From: a virus
Direction: 5' to 3' (one strand)
Virus record (IMG/VR): IMGVR_UViG_3300034166_000560
DNA: 64,000 nucleotides
Shown: positions 18,137 through 26,830 of the stretch, one piece after another
How the letters are laid out: every line of letters begins with the position of its first letter
How positions within the stretch are numbered: the first letter of the stretch is position 1
Program-made: the position numbers and the translations under genes
The notes under the pieces: generated by a model
Seen by the model: only the letters and a program-made list of their open reading frames with translations
Database searches by the model: none
What the model was told of the DNA's origin: nothing

Positions 18137-19702
18137 TTATTTATAAATGTTATCTCTAAGGTATTCGTAGTGATTGGGAAGAGTTTTAATGTATTGTTTC
18201 AACGCTGCTTGATGATTAAGCCAACTATATTTGATATCATGTAACTCATTAGCTAATTTTGGGTTTCGTTTCATATCGATATTATGATCCATCTTAGTAA
18301 CAAAACTGTAATTACCTGCCGCCAGAACTCTATGATAACTAAAGTTGCCTTCTTTCATTTTCAATTTTTCTGGATCAGTTGATTGGTTTTGATCATAAAG
18401 ATCTCTAAACAATTTACTAAAATAATCCCCTTCATGGTTATGATTCATAGCATTGGTTCTATGCTTCCAATAAGGAGAATCTTCTCTTTGAGAGAGAAAA
18501 TATTGCGCTGTTACCCAATCTTTGGCTTCTGAGGCTTCTTTAATTACGTAATGGTTATAATATTCTCTATCAAAGTTTTTTACATGACAATCCGTATTAA
18601 GGAGGATACGAGCAATATTCTCAATCATAGATTGAGTCAAAAATAACCCTGTAGATCTCAGAGGTCCAATGAACGCACAAGAAAGCCCAACTGCAATAAC
18701 ATTTTTATACCAAGGAGCCTTTCTAACTCCTGGAGTGAATTTCATAGAACGAAATTCTAAACCGTCCGCCCTTGAACCATATCTTTTTCTTATACTTTCA
18801 CGTAGTTCCTCTTTAGCCGATTCTTCGTTGGTATGATTACTGCTATAAACATAGCCAGAACCAATTCTATCCCAAATTGGAATATTCCACTCCCATCCAC
18901 TATCTAACGCTACACAATCTGTGAAACTAACCATTTCTTCTTTTTTACATTCGTAAGGAATATTGGTCGCAATCGCTCTATCGTTTACAAGAACTTCTGA
19001 AAAATCTATTAATCCTATTTTCAACCCTTGTTCTAATAGAATAGATCTAAACCCAGAACAGTCAATATAAAGATCTGCAGTTAGTGGTCCATTCTCATTA
19101 GTCTCTAAACATGTGATACCATTGTCATCAGTCCGAATAGCATAAATGTCATCGATGATATGTTTAACACCGTTCGGAATAGCGACAAGGTCTTTTAACA
19201 TCAATCCAAATTTATAAGCGTCGAAATGATACGCTTTTTCTATATTAGGATTCCATTTCATTGGTCCTGGTTTGTCAGTATATTTGTTTTGAAGAACCAT
19301 ATGATAGTTGTCATCAAAAAATTCAGGAAAATCAAAAGGCTGGAATAAATCTGGATATTGATGACAAAGGTTATAGAATAATTTAATATCTCTCATAGGG
19401 ACTGGAGGCGTAATCCCCTTAGTCAAATCATAAAAACTTTTACCCTTCTGATAAAAGTCTGTTAGCCTAATGGTTGTTTTATAAACAGCGTCACACTTTG
19501 GCATCCAAATTTGTTCTGGGATACCAAATGGTTTCATAAACCTATTGATGTTTACTAAACTTGATTCTCCAACGCCAATAATTGGAACGTTTGTGGACTC
19601 TATCAGAGTAATGTTAACATTAGGTACATTTTTAGACAAAAGGGCAGCAGTCATCCAACCAGATGATCCGCCGCCCACAATCATAATACTTTTAACTTTC
19701 AT
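18137..19702 (-). CDS. Flavin-dependent tryptophan-halogenase-family protein (divergent)
   Basis: GGGSSGW, IGVGES, YK, AYHFDA, DCSGF, WEWNIP; FIGPLRSTG instead of FxEPLESTG. Confidence 0.85.
   Translation of the reverse strand: MKVKSIMIVGGGSSGWMTAALLSKNVPNVNITLIESTNVPIIGVGESSLVNINRFMKPFGIPEQIWMPKCDAVYKTTIRLTDFYQKGKSFYDLTKGITPPVPMRDIKLFYNLCHQYPDLFQPFDFPEFFDDNYHMVLQNKYTDKPGPMKWNPNIEKAYHFDAYKFGLMLKDLVAIPNGVKHIIDDIYAIRTDDNGITCLETNENGPLTADLYIDCSGFRSILLEQGLKIGLIDFSEVLVNDRAIATNIPYECKKEEMVSFTDCVALDSGWEWNIPIWDRIGSGYVYSSNHTNEESAKEELRESIRKRYGSRADGLEFRSMKFTPGVRKAPWYKNVIAVGLSCAFIGPLRSTGLFLTQSMIENIARILLNTDCHVKNFDREYYNHYVIKEASEAKDWVTAQYFLSQREDSPYWKHRTNAMNHNHEGDYFSKLFRDLYDQNQSTDPEKLKMKEGNFSYHRVLAAGNYSFVTKMDHNIDMKRNPKLANELHDIKYSWLNHQAALKQYIKTLPNHYEYLRDNIYK
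18138..18145 (-). promoter_or_regulatory. T4-type late promoter upstream of tmRNA
   Basis: Exact TATAAATA on the minus strand immediately 5' of the tmRNA acceptor piece. Confidence 0.65.
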
Positions 19703-19753
19703 TGAGTTTGTATCTCGTTTTCAAATTCCTCTATTAAAGGAACAGGTGGTTCT

Positions 19754-19876
19754 TTAGTGGCACGGTCTATTAGAACTGTCCCGTACAATGCACTTACCGA
19801 TGGTCGCCAACTCATTACAACCAGTGACGCCCAAACTAAGAAACACCAATGCAATTGATAGATATACTTTCTTCAT
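19754..19876 (-). CDS. Small putative lipoprotein (40 aa)
   Basis: MKKVYLSIALVFLSLGVTGC lipobox; coupled to the upstream ORF (ATGA overlap). Confidence 0.55.
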   Translation of the reverse strand: MKKVYLSIALVFLSLGVTGCNELATIGKCIVRDSSNRPCH

Positions 19877-20097
19877 CCTAAGATCCTTTTTATATCATCT
19901 AGAGTCCCGATATAATGACCATTTCGAAAGGCTACTGGACGAGCTTCGTCGATACCAGCATGCCTGATGAATGCGGCCATGGTAGAATACATAGCAAAGT
20001 ATTTCGGTTCAATACCTGTTTTCTGTATAATATACTGAGATAATTGATCGGTTTCTTCGTTATAAACTTGACCGATAACTGACCATCTATCTGACAC
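19873..20097 (-). CDS. Glutaredoxin-like fold protein lacking CxxC
   Basis: RPVAFRNGHYIGTLDDI resembles the Grx 'P.IF.NG..IGG.D' segment. Confidence 0.45.
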   Translation of the reverse strand: MSDRWSVIGQVYNEETDQLSQYIIQKTGIEPKYFAMYSTMAAFIRHAGIDEARPVAFRNGHYIGTLDDIKRILG

Positions 20098-20098
20098 G

Positions 20099-20887
20099 TT
20101 ACTCTCCTACACCACCTTCTATATTAGGTTCATGATTTTCCAACTGAACACCGTTTATTGAAAACCACTCATCAGAACCTTGACGCTGATACTGGATATC
20201 CTGCATAGGAACCATTACCATTTCCTTGGTCTGTGGGTGAACCATCATCTTCTGAAATACAACCATTCGCAAATCAACGATTGGATTCTTTTTATTTAAT
20301 CCTCCCACTGGAAGTCCACTAGCGGCGACAGCGCCATCTGGTCCTAGAATACTCATGTCTTTTGTCCTTTATACTTTTCAAGTAGATTCGAGAGAAACTC
20401 AATAGCTGAGTCATTAAATGTTACATCGTTTAGAATACCGGTAACGCAATATTGCTTTGCCTTCAGCGCATTGCCATCCGAAGCCTTATCATATTCAACG
20501 ATATACAGATGACGATCCTTAGACATCATTGCTTCGTTAATCTTACCATTCTTTTCGCCATTATAAAGAGTAACCAACGCCTTCTCGTCGATCATCTTCA
20601 TCATCTCTGCATTAGGATAGCATTTTAAATCTTCCGCCTTGGCCATATTATGGACAACCATAAACCCTAGCGCAAAGAAAAAAATAGCAATCAAACTTTC
20701 TTTAGTTCTGCTCATTGTCAACTCCAGATATAGATTTCATCAGGTTAATATCATAGTCTATTAGTCTAGACAAAGACTGGATTGCATTTTCTTTACTAAC
20801 ACCACCAGCAACCTTATCTCTAGACCACATAACATACTTAATTAGCATGTTAACGTCAATCGCATTTTGATCCTTCAATTCATTCAT
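20099..20887 (-). other. Three hypothetical ORFs (20099-20356; 20353-20721 with signal peptide; 20702-20887)
   Basis: Tightly packed co-directional ORFs with RBSs. Confidence 0.55.
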
Positions 20888-21052
20888 GCTACTTATCTAG
20901 CCTCATAACTGCTGATGGGTGCAAACAAACTGCACTACTAAGAGTCAGTGCTGACATACCACCAGCATCATTACACTTTTTTACGAAATTATCATTATAG
21001 CTAACAAAGATGCCAACCATAAAAATAAACGTTCCCCATACTAATAGTTTTG

Positions 21053-22186
21053 TCATGTCACCACCCTTAACAAAATCGTGTTTTCGTTGATACGATACGC
21101 AAGAGGCTTCTCCGTCTTGATCTCATCAAAGACTTTTCGTAGGACAAGTTTGCCACCCTCGAGTATGCGCTTGAGAAACTCATTTGGATCTTTCCGTCCC
21201 ACAGACCTGGTAATAGAATTAGATTCGCAATAGTTCGTAATGCTAGTGCCCTTGACCTGGAGCCCACCACGATCAATCGCTGTAAGCCTCGTAATCGTCT
21301 TATACTTTGTATTGAAAGTCCAGAGCTCCATTGCGCCGATGACTTTCTCCGGAGATACTGATGCAATCTTGTAAGTTGCATCTTCCTTCTGGTACTTGAG
21401 ATTTTTGATTTTCTTTTCGACCGACACTGCTCTTGGCTTGCGAGTCTTTTTAATTTTCTTTGTGTTCGAAGAATATCTCTCCGCATCCTCGATAAGCGTG
21501 TTGTAGAACGATACAAGATTCTTGATTTCAGCTTTTTTGAGGTGGCGATATCCCTCTTTGAGTTGTTCATCTTTACCCTCATATGCCTCAAGCAATTCAT
21601 CTAATACTGGGGTAAATTTAGAGATGATAGAAGTAGCGTAGGCGGCAGGAATGTTATTCGACTGCAGCCATTCATACAAAGAAAACTCTACATTGTCGTA
21701 GATGTAATCGTCTATCATACCCTCAATTTCGCCAAGAATGTCATGTGTACGCTCACGCATACGGTCTTGAATGGAAACTACTGGCTTACTATCTTCTTCC
21801 TTAGTCTCCTGAACATATTTATATGTTTCTTTGATACGATCGTTTATATAATCTTGTGTATCAGTAGGTAACGTAAACCCTCGAGATAAGAGACGACAAA
21901 CCCAAGCAACAGTAGTAGGTATAAGATTATCTGGAACAGATTTGATTTTCTTGGCGTCATTAACACGTCCTAGATTTTTAAGATAGGTAACAATATACTC
22001 TTTGGCTTCTGAATTGGTGCACATGTAGTTATACCAATTCAAAGCATTGATGTAATCAGTTTTTGACAGAGGCTTTGTAAAATTAGGCTCGTCGCCCAGA
22101 TGCTTCTTATTAACAATGTAAGCCTCCGACTTCGTAACACGAATAGTTTTTGGTTTACGTTTAACAAGAGCAGGGCGACGAGCCAT
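21053..22186 (-). CDS. Conserved T4-like phage hypothetical protein (basic, ~377 aa)
   Basis: ALNWYNY, L.EGY, I.SV.P..IGA..LW.FN.K, G..VKGTSI, RINENTILLRV resemble a recurrent T4-like unknown; own sigma70 promoter at 22209-22237. Confidence 0.65.
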   Translation of the reverse strand: MARRPALVKRKPKTIRVTKSEAYIVNKKHLGDEPNFTKPLSKTDYINALNWYNYMCTNSEAKEYIVTYLKNLGRVNDAKKIKSVPDNLIPTTVAWVCRLLSRGFTLPTDTQDYINDRIKETYKYVQETKEEDSKPVVSIQDRMRERTHDILGEIEGMIDDYIYDNVEFSLYEWLQSNNIPAAYATSIISKFTPVLDELLEAYEGKDEQLKEGYRHLKKAEIKNLVSFYNTLIEDAERYSSNTKKIKKTRKPRAVSVEKKIKNLKYQKEDATYKIASVSPEKVIGAMELWTFNTKYKTITRLTAIDRGGLQVKGTSITNYCESNSITRSVGRKDPNEFLKRILEGGKLVLRKVFDEIKTEKPLAYRINENTILLRVVT

Positions 22187-22233
22187 ATTATCCTCCAAGG
22201 TTACATATATTGTACCCTAGTTTTTATAAAAAG

Positions 22234-23202
22234 TCAAGCTGCTTCTGCCATTTCGACAGCGAGCTCAAGAGCCTTAGTCTTCAGATTCTTGTTGTATCCA
22301 TACCAAGCAGACTGGATACGAGAATCAGCCGAACGACCAATCACGTGATCAGTCATGAAAGTAACAGCGTTGAACGGTTGCCACCAAGTTCCCTCGGCGT
22401 ATTCATGTCCAGGCTGAGTATTGATAATGCTCAGAGCAATATCAGCATTCTTCGAACGCTTACCTTCTTCTGGATTCTTCGTATTAAGAGGAAACACACG
22501 TTCAAAGTATTCAACGATAGATTCAGTCTTAGCCTTCTTAGAACCAAGGAACTGAGCCATCTCCTTATACTTCTGCAACTTGTCGGTAGCAATGCCAAGC
22601 ATATCCTTCACATTAGCAGGATTAAACTGCTTACGGTGGGAAATCTTGACCATACGCTCTACAGTCGACGAGAGAGAAAGTGTAAGAGTATTATTGCACA
22701 CAACACGAATGGGAGTGAAGCGCACGTCAGTAGAAAAACCATACTTATGAAAATTAGAAAAGAGTAGATAAGAGTCAATCTGATCTCCCTTAAAGAGCTC
22801 AAACGACTCCTTAACCTTAGCCAAACCCCAAACGATCTGACCATCCTTCAGAGAGCCAGCAGTATGCATCTCCATATCACCAGCCATAACGAATTCATTG
22901 AAGAAGTCAAACGCCTCGGCATTCTGGACAGGATTCCAGTCGTCAGAAACAACGTCAAGCAATTTCTTGTCCTTACTACGAACAAGAGCAGACTGTTTCG
23001 TCTCAATCACACTGTCCGGATCGTTATCATCAAGAATAGCAAACGTAGGATACTTGCGGACTTCCCAATTCAGACCAGCAGCCTCGAGCATCTGTTCGGG
23101 CGTAAGATCCGCAGGAACCTTAACACCAAGACCGTGCCACGGAACGTCGCCAGCATAAGCCATCTGAGCAACGCCATCAATCTCTTCAATCATATGAGCC
23201 AT
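22234..23202 (-). CDS. DUF932 / LGT_TIGR03299-family protein
   Basis: MAH......MAY...PWHGLG, AGLNW.V, VQN.EAF.FF, TAGSL..G..VW.LA, TPIRVVCNNTL, GTWW..NAVT..DH. Confidence 0.88.
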   Translation of the reverse strand: MAHMIEEIDGVAQMAYAGDVPWHGLGVKVPADLTPEQMLEAAGLNWEVRKYPTFAILDDNDPDSVIETKQSALVRSKDKKLLDVVSDDWNPVQNAEAFDFFNEFVMAGDMEMHTAGSLKDGQIVWGLAKVKESFELFKGDQIDSYLLFSNFHKYGFSTDVRFTPIRVVCNNTLTLSLSSTVERMVKISHRKQFNPANVKDMLGIATDKLQKYKEMAQFLGSKKAKTESIVEYFERVFPLNTKNPEEGKRSKNADIALSIINTQPGHEYAEGTWWQPFNAVTFMTDHVIGRSADSRIQSAWYGYNKNLKTKALELAVEMAEAA

Positions 23203-23262
23203 TTTAGATCTCCTTCACATCAACCATAAACATAGTATAGCTCTATCTTTTAAAAAAGTCAA
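23203..23262 (-). promoter_or_regulatory. Early sigma70-type promoter-leader-RBS cassette (copy 1)
   Basis: TTGACT(23262-57)-17 nt-TATACT(23239-34), then GGTTGATG..GGAGA; near copies at 47451-47508 and 48149-48205. Confidence 0.8.
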
Positions 23263-23271
23263 ACTCTTTTT

Positions 23272-23496
23272 TTAGACCGCAGAGGAGATAATAAGAGCTT
23301 TGTCAAGAGTATCTTTATATTGGAATCTAAACCCTTCTAGCCACTCTTTTTGTCTATAAAGCTCGTTTTGAACTAGTTTCTCATCCTCCTGATCGACAGA
23401 AAGATAATCGTAAGGGCAATCGTCAACAGATCCGCCGTTAGTGTAATGTAGTTTACCTTCTTCGAAGAACTGATTAGTATATTGCCAGTCGTTCAT
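23272..23496 (-). CDS. Rmf/CrpP-fold-like small protein
   Basis: F.EG......G....CPY.....W.EGF pattern. Confidence 0.45.
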   Translation of the reverse strand: MNDWQYTNQFFEEGKLHYTNGGSVDDCPYDYLSVDQEDEKLVQNELYRQKEWLEGFRFQYKDTLDKALIISSAV

Positions 23497-23499
23497 CTT

Positions 23500-24428
23500 T
23501 TACTCCTCTACGGGCTGCTCTTCTTTTTTAGCGGATTTACGATCTACATCTTTAAAATTTTCTGGATGCTTTAAGACACCAGCCAGAAATTCAACAGCTT
23601 CTTTAATTTCTTCGCTGTTATAATTAGCAGCGATTCTTTCTTCTCTTAGATATGCACTCAAAAGACAATAAGCCTCGTTGACTGCATAATAACTAATCTT
23701 GTCATCAATAAACATGAACCCTCCTGTTACTTCTTAAAAGAGAAATAAGAATCTATTACTTTGCATAACTGGGGTTCAAGTGCATCATAATGCTCTTTGT
23801 CCATAATACCGCAAAGAATATCTTGATAATCGTCTATATCTAAGAACTGTTTACATAGTTCTAAGAAATCTTGTCTCGTTTTTGGTTCCTCAACAGGCAC
23901 ACCATGAATGTTGGGGCCAGAATAAAATTTAAGATCTTCTGCAATATGTCTAGCAATAACAAGTTTTGCTTTATCGACATACTCTTTCATTGCCTGTAGT
24001 TCTAGTTCTTTTTTAGATTTAGGAAAAGGAATAACCTCTGCAGTCATCGCCCGAACTCCTTAGTGTCTTTGGCGACACATCTCACTTTAATATAATAATT
24101 ATCGCCTATTTTTGGCGAAAAGGCAAGTTTTGCGGCTCGCTCATAAGATTCCTGGATGCATGACATCGGCGTGTTTTTGATCTCTCCCATAACAATCGTC
24201 GTGTCTCTTCCGCCTTCTTTACATTCCACAGGAGAGAGTAGAGAGTTACAAATAAGAATAACTGGAACATATTCGATCATCCTTGACACTTAACGCCGAA
24301 TTTAGCTTCGACACCCATTACTTTACCATGAAGGGTGCCAATATGACAAGCCTTCGGTTCAATCTCTACATGTTGTTCTTGGCAAACACCACTAACGCAC
24401 ATGAATACAATCGCTGCAACTAACTTCA
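23500..24428 (-). other. Cluster of small hypothetical ORFs (23500-23715, 23727-24047, 24044-24289 and a short Cys-rich ORF)
   Basis: Packed co-directional ORFs with GGAG RBSs. Confidence 0.55.
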
Positions 24429-24953
24429 TAATAAATCTCCTAATACACGGAACTTGTAAGCAATACTTATCCTCATAGATTTACAATGAACCGTGGGTTC
24501 GAGTGGACAATGCGGCATTTTAGAATCAAACAATACTGCCGAATTGCTTTTTGGAAAGATGTTTTCTATAATCTTTCCGCCATATTCCATAAGAATTAAA
24601 TGCCCACCGTATTCTGGCTTCCAGTTCTTATGGTAATAATACACCAAAGTATAATACTCGCCCTCTGCATTTTCTAACACATCAACATGAGGATGACCAC
24701 ATTGACCATGAGTGTTACCATTAGCGTATATCTTAATAGTTTCTATTTGTTTGTTTAAAAACTTTTGTATTTTTGATTTGAATAGATTTTCTATTATTTC
24801 TGAAGGCAGGGTTTTATCCCAATGGTAAGTAGGCTCTGGGATCTCAGGCACTGATGAGCCCACCAATTCCCAATTATATTTTTTGAATTCTTCGTCGAGA
24901 AGAACCATTTCTTCTTGTGAAAAGAATTCCTCATCGACGAAGATGTTTCGCAT
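24426..24953 (-). CDS. 2OG-Fe(II) oxygenase (prolyl-hydroxylase-like)
   Basis: HPHVD (HxD), T.VYY...W..EYGG.L, LFD...PH, R.SIA. Confidence 0.85.
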   Translation of the reverse strand: MRNIFVDEEFFSQEEMVLLDEEFKKYNWELVGSSVPEIPEPTYHWDKTLPSEIIENLFKSKIQKFLNKQIETIKIYANGNTHGQCGHPHVDVLENAEGEYYTLVYYYHKNWKPEYGGHLILMEYGGKIIENIFPKSNSAVLFDSKMPHCPLEPTVHCKSMRISIAYKFRVLGDLL

Positions 24954-25561
24954 TAGACTTGAAACTTAAACGTTCCTGTAATACTTGTTCTATATGTATC
25001 ATTCGCAAAACAAGGTCTAACGCCATGTTGCATTTCACAAGGAAATAAGATAAAATTATTTTCCCAATCTTCATTAACAGGAATAATATATTCCTTCGGA
25101 CGCCCCAAAACATCTGTATAATATAACGAGAAATTAGAAGTCATTTCTTCTGTTGGTTTGACAAAAGAAGGAGGAGCCTTAATACCTAAATTCATCCAAA
25201 TAATGAACGAAAAGATACCATCATGTTTATGTGGGAGATTACATTCATGTCTATCGAGAAAATTAGCCATCAAAGTGTCCAAAACCAATGGCGCTCCATT
25301 CGTTAGGTAATTGATTTCTTTCTCGTAGCCAAACGTGTTAAGATAAGCGGAAACGTATGGCAGCAATAACTTTTCTGCATGATGCTTTGTTCTTTCGAGA
25401 TAGTAATCTTTTTGGATTACTCTTCTTCCAGTAGATCTTAGTTCTTCTTTTACATCCGGTAATTCTAAAATTTCATTCTTAATCGGAGCTAGATCTCCAT
25501 CAGAAAACTCTGACTGAATGAATCCGTAATTAGGAAACGTATTAACAACATATTCTTGCAT
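24953..25561 (-). CDS. 2OG-Fe(II) oxygenase-like protein
   Basis: NLPHKHDG.FSF, ILFP...H.V.P......R.S. Confidence 0.75.
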   Translation of the reverse strand: MQEYVVNTFPNYGFIQSEFSDGDLAPIKNEILELPDVKEELRSTGRRVIQKDYYLERTKHHAEKLLLPYVSAYLNTFGYEKEINYLTNGAPLVLDTLMANFLDRHECNLPHKHDGIFSFIIWMNLGIKAPPSFVKPTEEMTSNFSLYYTDVLGRPKEYIIPVNEDWENNFILFPCEMQHGVRPCFANDTYRTSITGTFKFQV

Positions 25562-25563
25562 AA

Positions 25564-25749
25564 TTATTTTACCTCATTTTTAATTTGCACAAAATACTTT
25601 TTCAGTTCAGGAGAAGCATTAGATAATGTAGATCCACAAACTCCTATACGAATCAATTCTGACAATTCAATTATGTCTTTAACTGTGATAGTATCATCTG
25701 GTTTAAACTCAAACAAATTAGATTGGTTGTATTTTGTTGGTTTCTTCAC
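25564..25749 (-). CDS. Hypothetical protein
   Basis: ORF with AGGA RBS downstream of the tRNA. Confidence 0.5.
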   Translation of the reverse strand: MKKPTKYNQSNLFEFKPDDTITVKDIIELSELIRIGVCGSTLSNASPELKKYFVQIKNEVK

Positions 25750-25764
25750 AATATATCCTTTTAG

Positions 25765-25840
25765 TGGTGCTGCCGGAGAGATTCGAACTCCCGACCTGAT
25801 GATTACTAATCAACTGCTCTACCAACTGAGCTACGGCAGC
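25765..25840 (-). tRNA. tRNA-Thr(AGT)
   Basis: GCTGCCG TA GCTC AGTTGGTA GAGC A GTTGA TT-AGT-AA TCATC AGGTC GGGAG TTCGAAT CTCTC CGGCAGC A CCA; G1-C72/C2-G71 and G35U36 fit Thr. Confidence 0.88.
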
Positions 25841-26418
25841 ATTAACACGTCGTCGCTTTTGACCGTCATATCAATTTTATTAAAAAACGCAGTAAAAGTC
25901 AATCTTGAATTTTCATTTTCTCCGAAACCACACATAGCACTATGATTAAATTTAGATTTATACAAGACTAATCTATTATAGATGTTTTCAATATACTCTA
26001 CTTTATTATCGTCTTTAAATATCATCGTTCCGCTATTCAAAGGAGGATTTTTATTAAGATATACCACTCCCGCATATATACATCTAGCGTCTGTGTGTAT
26101 CCAAGAATTCTCAAAAATACAATCTTTATCTAATCTATGGAAGTAAAAAGTCCCTTCCCAATTGTAATTATATGAGAATTTATCATATGCTCCTAAGAAA
26201 CAACCATTAAAAATGTCATGTACCAGAAGATCAGTTTTTTCTTTATTTTCTAAAGAAGTTTTGTGTAAAGGGTATGTTCTTTTACCTTTCCAATATGTTC
26301 TTCTTTCATCATTAAATTTCTGAGTATCATTCTGAAAAAATTTTAAAGTGTTCGCCCACTTAACAATCTCATCAGGATAAAGAAAGACATTATCAATCAC
26401 ATATATGTCTTTTAGCAT
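25831..26418 (-). CDS. 2OG-Fe(II) oxygenase-like (DUF6445-type)
   Basis: VIDN....PD, W.G.RT, WIHTD, AGVVYLN...P.NSGT, NRLVLY....H, RLT..FF. Confidence 0.8.
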   Translation of the reverse strand: MLKDIYVIDNVFLYPDEIVKWANTLKFFQNDTQKFNDERRTYWKGKRTYPLHKTSLENKEKTDLLVHDIFNGCFLGAYDKFSYNYNWEGTFYFHRLDKDCIFENSWIHTDARCIYAGVVYLNKNPPLNSGTMIFKDDNKVEYIENIYNRLVLYKSKFNHSAMCGFGENENSRLTFTAFFNKIDMTVKSDDVLMLP

Positions 26419-26830
26419 CTATCAACCTTAATACATTTTCAATGTCGTCTTGATCAAATTTCGTAATACGTATCTCGTATTTATCTGGCTCTTCAAATAT
26501 CTTGTTGGTGTCTTCGTATCTACCTTCTTTGATAGTATCCATCCAGATAGTTATGTCTGGTTGGAAGAAACTTCTATACAGATTTCTTGGACAAACAAAA
26601 TCACAAATAGCAATAATATCATTCTTACAACAAATCTCAGCATTCTGGGTCATACGACACAACTGACGAAATCTACCGATGTCTGAGAAATCCCAATCAT
26701 CGTAGAATTCTCTCATCTCATCGCCATTGTATAAAGCGACTAATTCGTTTTTATCGTTAAGGACATCAAACAATTTGTTAGCAAATGTGGTCTTCCCGCT
26801 TCCAGGAAGTCCAGTCACAAGTATTTTCAT
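26393..26830 (-). CDS. Adenylylsulfate-kinase-like (CysC-type) P-loop kinase
   Basis: ILVTGLPGSGKTT, NGD..R...DWDFS..GR, DFVCP, FEEP. Confidence 0.75.
   Translation of the reverse strand: MKILVTGLPGSGKTTFANKLFDVLNDKNELVALYNGDEMREFYDDWDFSDIGRFRQLCRMTQNAEICCKNDIIAICDFVCPRNLYRSFFQPDITIWMDTIKEGRYEDTNKIFEEPDKYEIRITKFDQDDIENVLRLIDAKRHICD

Noticed and set aside
17831-18244. Two short plus-strand ORFs (62 aa each)
   Set aside because: They are the antisense reading of the tmRNA gene
25556-25945. 129-aa plus-strand ORF
   Set aside because: Contains GAAGEIRTPDLMITNQLLYQLSY, the typical antisense translation of a tRNA
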